From positions 1 through 10,351 of the forward strand of contig CAYQPU010000041.1 of NCBI GenBank assembly GCA_964419615.1: a stretch of 10,351 bases of DNA, given 5' to 3'. Shown piece by piece: positions 5,887-10,351 of this stretch. The stretch comes from an uncultured Methanosarcinales archaeon. Its GTDB lineage: Archaea > Nanobdellota > Nanobdellia > Woesearchaeales > JAGVZT01. How positions within the stretch are numbered: position 1 is the first letter of the stretch; every line of letters starts with the position of its first letter. The notes beneath the pieces were generated by a model that was not told the DNA's origin, made no database searches, and saw nothing but the letters and a program-made list of their open reading frames with translations. The translations under genes and the position numbers were made by a program.

Positions 5887-7590
5887 ATGGATCTACTGCA
5901 AAGAATCGAACAAGCAATTGAAGCAAGAAAAGAGCTAAAAGCTGAAAATGGTGGAATTCTTTACGAAGAAGCTGAAGATATGCTAAAATACTTAACTGAT
6001 AGGTTAGATGATAGTAGACCATTTAAAAAATTATTAGAAAAACATCCGGACTTAATTGGATTTGTAATTAATGATGAGGTACACCATTATCTTGGTCAGA
6101 TCCCAGGTGACCAAAGACTATCTCAAATGCATAAAGGAGATTTTAACAAACCAGCAGCTTTACTAAGATTTCCTGATCTTTATGGTTTAAGAAAAGACTT
6201 ACCAGGTAGTATGAGAGATGAGCCTTTTAAGATGCAAATGCAGCAAGACTTTGAAGACACTTATCCAGTATATGCAGGAACAATTGATCCATTAGAATTA
6301 TTAGCAGAAGCATTGTCTGATGAGAATGTTGATATTCCACTTCCTTTTATTGACGGTGTTTCATTTAGTTACAGTCTTTCTGAAAGCACAACCGAAATAA
6401 AAGGAACTTGTGAAAAACCAATAGAACTAATATTATTCAAAGATGAAGTTGACCTACCAAAAAAAGGGCAAAGTGTAAAGCAAGGATTAGATTTTGGTCA
6501 TGCTCTTAAGGTTGCACCTCAAGTGTGGCTTGCAAATATGATCTTTCCAGATATTAATTATGTGCAAAAACCTTTTGAAATTAAACCTGGTAAATTTAGT
6601 GAGACAATTAAAGTTAGTGATGGTACCAAGAACAACAACATACCATTACCTTTTGGCCCTGAAGATGAAGGTCTAACTGATCTTATCTGTGCAGGCGATA
6701 GTTTAAGAGCAGTCATATACTCCCAGGTTGAAGAAGAAAAACCAAGATTTGATCTTGATGGAAATTTCCAGGTAAGACCTTTTAGAGCAATGTACGGACA
6801 GAGCGAATTATTCATGGGTTCTAATACTGTTGTTAGTGGAGAAAATCTTAGTGGAATAGCAATAATCAATGTACCAGACGGAAAAGAAATCCATTACTTA
6901 AGACCAGGTAAGCCAAGAGTGGTAAAAGGTCCAATTTACTCCATGACCAGAAATCTTAAATTTAAAATTGATGGTCTTGCAAAAGAAGTTTTAATGGCAA
7001 TTCCTTGGATTGCTGCTGGAATTGCAAGCAGTGCTATTGCAATGAAATTTCCTGGACTTGAAAACAAAATTCTAACAACATTGACAGGAGGTTTTGGTGG
7101 TGCTATGCTTGGGGCACAAGTAGCCAAATACACTGGAGAAAATCCAAAGTTAGGTTTTGTCTCAGGATTAATTGCAGGAAGCCTGCTAGGGTATGAAATA
7201 ATGCAAGATCCTGATTCAGCAAAATACATAATCGGAGCAGCAGCAGGTATACCACTTGCAGCAATGGTATTCAAAACAAGCAAAGAACCAAAGTTAATAA
7301 AAAAAATAGCAAAAGCAGCAATGATGCCACTCTTAACAACAATGGCAGTTTATGCATCAGATTTTGAAGAATTCCAATCCTTATTTGCAAAATCTGCATT
7401 AACATTGGGAGCAATAGAAGGCTACTACACCCTCTTTGGTAGAAGCTTAACAGTAGCCTTTGGTGATCCATTTAATAGAGAAGGATTAGAAAAATTCTTA
7501 TCAGTTTTTTATGCAGACTCAACAGAAGGAATGCTTTCAGCTCCAGTACTATACAATGATAGCAGTCAATATGGGTTGTTTATTACTTAG
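5887..7590 (+). CDS. Hypothetical membrane protein: about 360-aa soluble N-terminal region plus a C-terminal hydrophobic bundle with glycine zippers
   Basis: 567-aa ORF with no signal peptide. Hydrophobic segments at about aa 368-386, 395-413, 422-438, 447-462 and 474-490. GxxxGxxxGxxxG at aa 423-435. Confidence 0.85.
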   Translation: MDLLQRIEQAIEARKELKAENGGILYEEAEDMLKYLTDRLDDSRPFKKLLEKHPDLIGFVINDEVHHYLGQIPGDQRLSQMHKGDFNKPAALLRFPDLYGLRKDLPGSMRDEPFKMQMQQDFEDTYPVYAGTIDPLELLAEALSDENVDIPLPFIDGVSFSYSLSESTTEIKGTCEKPIELILFKDEVDLPKKGQSVKQGLDFGHALKVAPQVWLANMIFPDINYVQKPFEIKPGKFSETIKVSDGTKNNNIPLPFGPEDEGLTDLICAGDSLRAVIYSQVEEEKPRFDLDGNFQVRPFRAMYGQSELFMGSNTVVSGENLSGIAIINVPDGKEIHYLRPGKPRVVKGPIYSMTRNLKFKIDGLAKEVLMAIPWIAAGIASSAIAMKFPGLENKILTTLTGGFGGAMLGAQVAKYTGENPKLGFVSGLIAGSLLGYEIMQDPDSAKYIIGAAAGIPLAAMVFKTSKEPKLIKKIAKAAMMPLLTTMAVYASDFEEFQSLFAKSALTLGAIEGYYTLFGRSLTVAFGDPFNREGLEKFLSVFYADSTEGMLSAPVLYNDSSQYGLFIT

Positions 7591-7609
7591 ACTGTAATAA
7601 TCAGGAATT

Positions 7610-7618
7610 AAAGAAAAA
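7610..7618 (-). terminator. T-tract TTTTTCTTT immediately after the stop of 7619..8191
   Basis: Directly adjacent to TAA on the minus strand, between convergent genes. Confidence 0.45.
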
Positions 7619-8191
7619 TTAAATTGGAACCAATCCAATCTGTACCCTTGTTTGATTTGCATCTTGAAATGGTTGATAAATTTGTATTTCAGTCAAATCT
7701 CCACCATGATTTTGCACTGATTCCCATAATTGGTCAGCAGTTTCGTTGGCAATTTCTAGTTGATTATTGTATCTAGGCTGAGCATTGTTTTTGATTTTTT
7801 GTAATAAAGCATCATGGTAAGGTTCATAGACTTGGCTTTCAGATAAGTTTCCACCATGACTTTGAATAGAAGCCCATAACATATCTGCAGTATTCTGGGC
7901 AATTTCCAAATCATCATCCATTCTTGGTTTTGCATAGGTCTTTATTTTATTAAATAGTCCATCTTGAATGTCATAGATAACATTCAATAATCCAACATAT
8001 CTGTCTCCAAAACCCAATTCTTTTGCCAGATCAAGAGCAACACCCAATGAATCCAAGCGAGAATCTAGTGTCTTAAAAAATCCTTTTTTTGCTTTTCTTA
8101 TATGAGTTCTAAGATTTTCTTCAACATCATACATATCCTTATTTTGTTTGTGAATCTTGTCTATTGTTATTGATAAATTTGCCAAATGCAT
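7619..8191 (-). CDS. Hypothetical helical protein with an internal 50-aa tandem duplication
   Basis: SD GGGTGAG 5 nt before ATG and a canonical AAAAGG-TTTATATA promoter. Residues 79-128 and 129-178 share 28/50 identities. Confidence 0.85.
   Translation of the reverse strand: MHLANLSITIDKIHKQNKDMYDVEENLRTHIRKAKKGFFKTLDSRLDSLGVALDLAKELGFGDRYVGLLNVIYDIQDGLFNKIKTYAKPRMDDDLEIAQNTADMLWASIQSHGGNLSESQVYEPYHDALLQKIKNNAQPRYNNQLEIANETADQLWESVQNHGGDLTEIQIYQPFQDANQTRVQIGLVPI
7658..7957 (-). repeat. Two tandem 150-nt (50-codon) diverged repeat units inside the CDS
   Basis: LFNKIKTYAKPRMDDDLEIAQNTADMLWASIQSHGGNLSESQVYEPYHDA versus LLQKIKNNAQPRYNNQLEIANETADQLWESVQNHGGDLTEIQIYQPFQDA. Confidence 0.9.
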
Positions 8192-8196
8192 TTTTT

Positions 8197-8240
8197 CTCA
8201 CCCTGCAAGGTTGATAGAAACTGGAGTATATAAACCTTTT
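8197..8240 (-). promoter_or_regulatory. BRE/TATA (AAAAGG-TTTATATA, TATA 8227-8234) and SD GGGTGAG (8197-8203) for 7619..8191
   Basis: The minus strand reads AAAAGGTTTATATA-N22-AGGGTGAGAAAAA-ATG. Confidence 0.75.
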
Positions 8241-8300
8241 GATTTCTTTGTTACTGGCAAGTGATCATAAATAAGGGGGAAAAAATAATTTACAACAAAA

Positions 8301-8308
8301 TTTATATA
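8301..8308 (+). promoter_or_regulatory. TATA box TTTATATA for the PK_C-like gene (leaderless)
   Basis: Preceded by A-rich CAACAAAA and exactly 22 nt before ATG 8331. Confidence 0.7.
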
Positions 8309-8330
8309 CAAATACCACTTCAAGTAAATC

Positions 8331-8930
8331 ATGACATCAACCACAAAATCAATCACATACTTTACAAAACCAGGAAAATCAAACACAGACAAAACAATAG
8401 AACTTGCACTGAAGCGAGCAAAAGAAGGAGACATAAAGAAAGTAGTAGTTGCTTCATCGTCTGGAGAGACTGGATTAAATACCAATGAAGCTTTTAAAGA
8501 ACTTGGAATTCAAGTAATACCAGTTGTATTAAATGCAGGATCAAAATACTCTGGTTTAGCAGAATGGAAACAAAACAAAGCTGAATATGAAAAACAGAAA
8601 ATCAAGTTTGTTCAAGGAACTCATGCTTTTAGTGGAGTGGAACGAGCAATCAATAACAGATGGAAAACAGCAGGCTCAGTAATGGTTTTGTCAGACACAT
8701 TAAGAACTGTTTGTGAAGGTTTTAAAGTTGCAATAGAAATTGTACTAATGGCAGCTGATGCAGGATTAATATCTATTGATGAACATGTGATCTCAATAGC
8801 AGGAACATCAAGAGGCGCAGACACTGCATTGGTAATAAAACCAGCATATTCTCACACATTCTTTGATCTAGCAGTAAGAGAAGTTATTTGCAAACCATTA
8901 ATAGATGGAGTAAAACATGATGCTCGTTAG
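8331..8930 (+). CDS. Pyruvate kinase C-terminal (alpha/beta) domain-like conserved archaeal protein (COG1751; MTH1675/AF0103-like)
   Basis: YFTKPGKSNT..T, VVVASSSGETG, GFKVAIEIVLMAADAGLI, GT.RGADTALVIKP and FFDL.VREVICKP. Confidence 0.88.
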   Translation: MTSTTKSITYFTKPGKSNTDKTIELALKRAKEGDIKKVVVASSSGETGLNTNEAFKELGIQVIPVVLNAGSKYSGLAEWKQNKAEYEKQKIKFVQGTHAFSGVERAINNRWKTAGSVMVLSDTLRTVCEGFKVAIEIVLMAADAGLISIDEHVISIAGTSRGADTALVIKPAYSHTFFDLAVREVICKPLIDGVKHDAR

Positions 8931-9853
8931 AACTGCATAACTCTATCTTTCCTATCCTTCTTCATCATTAACACAACCCTAGACTCAGGTTTTTCATCAA
9001 TGATCTTGTAAGAAGAATGTTCAGCAATCTTTTCAGAAAATTCTTTTACCTCCTCATGATAAGGCATATTCTCTAAGCTCAAACGCTGTCTTGAAGAACC
9101 AACAAACATATACCCTTTAACCTCAACAAACATAGGACTTGCTTTTTCAATTAACCTTGCCCAATTCTCCGGCTCAATCATATTCATACCTTTAATCAAA
9201 GTCACTCTTATTGTAGTTCTTCCTTTTAATCCATTAAATATATCCAAAGTTCTGTTTAATCTATCCCAACCATCTTTGAATAATGGCTTGTGAATCGGCT
9301 CAAACAAATCTTTATTAGGAGAATTAATTGACAAATACAATTGAGTAGGCATTTCCAACGTATCAATAACCTCTGGTAGCATTCCATTAGTAACAATAAA
9401 AGTAGTCTTACCTTCGCTATGTAAAAATCTAATCAACTCATTAAGCTTTGGATACATAGTTGGTTCACCAGAAAGAGAAATTGCAAAATGCTGTGGATCT
9501 TGAGCCTCTAAAAACTTTTCTTGATTAGTACCTTCATAACCTTTTAAACCAGTCAACAACCTCCTTTGTTCTTTAACACATCCTTCAACAATCTCTTTAG
9601 GATCATCAACAGGCTCAAATTTATTCTTAGCACTATACTCAACAGTTCGCCAGCAATAAACACAATTATTACAACAAAACCCAACAGATGGAGTCATCTG
9701 ACAACAAAGATGACTTCTAATTCCATAAAACTTTTGCTTGTAACAAACATCTTCATCCTTTAGAGCTTTCTTTGTCCAAGTACAAATTTTAACAGCAGAA
9801 TGGTTTCCAATAATTCTGTACTGTTGGTTTGTCAAAGTCTTTTTTAGATTCAT
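8927..9853 (-). CDS. taw1: 4-demethylwyosine (imG-14) synthase Taw1/TYW1, radical SAM tRNA-Phe G37 modification enzyme; likely ATG start at 9853 (track TTG at 9871)
   Basis: HSAVKICTWTK (Schiff-base Lys and auxiliary-cluster Cys), CYKQKFYGI.SHLCCQMTP, CxxxCxxC (CCNNCVYC), AISLSGEPT, VTNG and EVKGYMFVGSSR.RL. TATA TATTTTAA (9876-9883) is exactly 22 nt before ATG 9853. The stop overlaps the convergent gene's stop by 4 nt (TTAG). Confidence 0.95.
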   Translation of the reverse strand: MNLKKTLTNQQYRIIGNHSAVKICTWTKKALKDEDVCYKQKFYGIRSHLCCQMTPSVGFCCNNCVYCWRTVEYSAKNKFEPVDDPKEIVEGCVKEQRRLLTGLKGYEGTNQEKFLEAQDPQHFAISLSGEPTMYPKLNELIRFLHSEGKTTFIVTNGMLPEVIDTLEMPTQLYLSINSPNKDLFEPIHKPLFKDGWDRLNRTLDIFNGLKGRTTIRVTLIKGMNMIEPENWARLIEKASPMFVEVKGYMFVGSSRQRLSLENMPYHEEVKEFSEKIAEHSSYKIIDEKPESRVVLMMKKDRKDRVMQF

Positions 9854-9875
9854 ATTATTAACAAACTTCAATCCA

Positions 9876-9925
9876 TTAAAATAGTTTTTCTTCCTTTATC
9901 TTATTTCACCAAAACACTTATATAA
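9876..9925. promoter_or_regulatory. Back-to-back divergent TATA boxes: minus TATTTTAA (9876-9883, taw1) and plus TTATATAA (9918-9925, aIF-1A)
   Basis: They lie 22 and 23 nt from their respective ATGs, each preceded by an A-rich BRE-like tract. Neither gene has an SD. Confidence 0.65.
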
Positions 9926-9948
9926 GATACAACTTCCACATCTAACTA

Positions 9949-10293
9949 ATGAGTCGTAAAAAGAAAGCGCAAGAAGAACAAGAAAGAATACAACAAGAAA
10001 TCAGAAGAGTAAGATTACCAAGAGGTGCGCAAGTGTTTGGTATTGTTCTTCAAAGGCATGGCGGCTCAAGAATGAGTGTTCGCTGTTTGGATGGCAAAAC
10101 AAGAATCTGTAGAATTCCAGGCAGATTAAAACGAAGATTATGGGTCAGACCAAATGACATTATTCTAGTCCAACCATGGGAATTGGGTGGAGACGAAAAA
10201 GGAGATGTTATTTTCAAATACAGACCTTCTCAAGTAAACTATCTTAAGAAAAAAGGTTATTTAAAGAAATTAGAAGATTCTGATGAGTTTTAA
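9949..10293 (+). CDS. eif1a: Archaeal translation initiation factor 1A (aIF-1A/eIF1A)
   Basis: RVRLP, VRCLDGKTRICRIPGRLKRRLWVRPNDIILVQPWE and KGDVIFKY. Confidence 0.97.
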   Translation: MSRKKKAQEEQERIQQEIRRVRLPRGAQVFGIVLQRHGGSRMSVRCLDGKTRICRIPGRLKRRLWVRPNDIILVQPWELGGDEKGDVIFKYRPSQVNYLKKKGYLKKLEDSDEF

Positions 10294-10312
10294 CTACTCA
10301 ATAATGAAAAAC

Positions 10313-10320
10313 TTTATATA
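10313..10320 (+). promoter_or_regulatory. TATA box TTTATATA with AAAAAC BRE-like tract for the next gene
   Basis: Exactly 22 nt before ATG 10343. Confidence 0.6.
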
Positions 10321-10342
10321 GTGTACCTTATTTACTACTGTT

Positions 10343-10351
10343 ATGAAATAC
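10343..10351 (+). CDS. Probable start of a downstream gene (MKY...), truncated by the window edge; product unknown
   Basis: Only three codons are visible. The call rests on the TATA-N22-ATG spacing seen elsewhere in the window. Confidence 0.45.

Noticed and set aside
6334-6654. IPLPF pentapeptide twice in the 567-aa protein (aa 150-154 and 252-256), and an AAC triplet run near 6631
   Set aside because: The flanks do not align by eye, so there is no support for a domain duplication. The triplet run is only three Asn codons.
6558-7471. Three minus-strand ORFs (6558..6869, 6936..7283, 7271..7471)
   Set aside because: Antisense shadows inside the 567-aa CDS with no expression signals or recognisable motifs.
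7619-8191. Repeat protein as a RiPP precursor for the radical SAM (WxS motifs in both repeats)
   Set aside because: The units look like folded amphipathic helices, the gene is 1.8 kb away on the opposite strand with its own promoter, and there is no leader/core organisation or transporter.
8198-8488. ORFs 8198..8485 (-) and 8261..8488 (+)
   Set aside because: They run through two clear promoters and overlap the conserved PK_C-like gene.
8621-9763. ORFs 8621..8824 (-) and 9566..9763 (+)
   Set aside because: Antisense to well-conserved genes (PK_C-like and taw1).
9854-9871. TTG start giving MKFVNN- extension of Taw1
   Set aside because: It would lie only 4 nt from the TATA box, upstream of the expected TSS. 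ATG 9853 fits the 22-nt spacing.
1-10351. tRNA, rRNA, C/D-box sRNA, CRISPR array, IS element or integrase
   Set aside because: I saw no cloverleaf, paired C/D boxes in intergenic DNA, regularly spaced repeats, terminal inverted repeats or recombinase motifs. Intergenic gaps are short and mostly filled by promoters. tRNAscan-SE and Infernal were not run.

Overview
AT-rich, gene-dense archaeal window. Evidence for archaea: NMD3, aIF-1A, Taw1/TYW1, a histone-fold gene and BRE/TATA promoters. A DPANN (Woesearchaeota/Pacearchaeota-like) origin is my inference. Left flank: 5'-truncated NMD3, a DedA + SEC59/dolichol-kinase-like operon, a 56-aa alpha3-type histone missed by the ORF track, and a two-gene unit (coiled-coil protein + Lys-rich protein with a variant Ada-type Zn domain). 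Centre (about 3.27-8.19 kb): five separately promoted genes of unknown function, namely a clan-CD/DUF4347-like His-Cys protein, a hypothetical, an orphan radical SAM/SPASM-twitch enzyme, a glycine-zipper membrane protein and a protein with a 50-aa tandem duplication. The first two carry a near-identical 26-nt promoter cassette (22/26) at the same distance from ATG. Right flank: a PK_C-like (COG1751) protein convergent with Taw1, then aIF-1A and the first codons of another gene. A TATA-N22/23-start spacing recurs across the window and corrects one start codon. I found no tRNA, rRNA, CRISPR array or mobile element. No single complete novel system can be demonstrated from the sequence alone; the best candidates are listed as findings.
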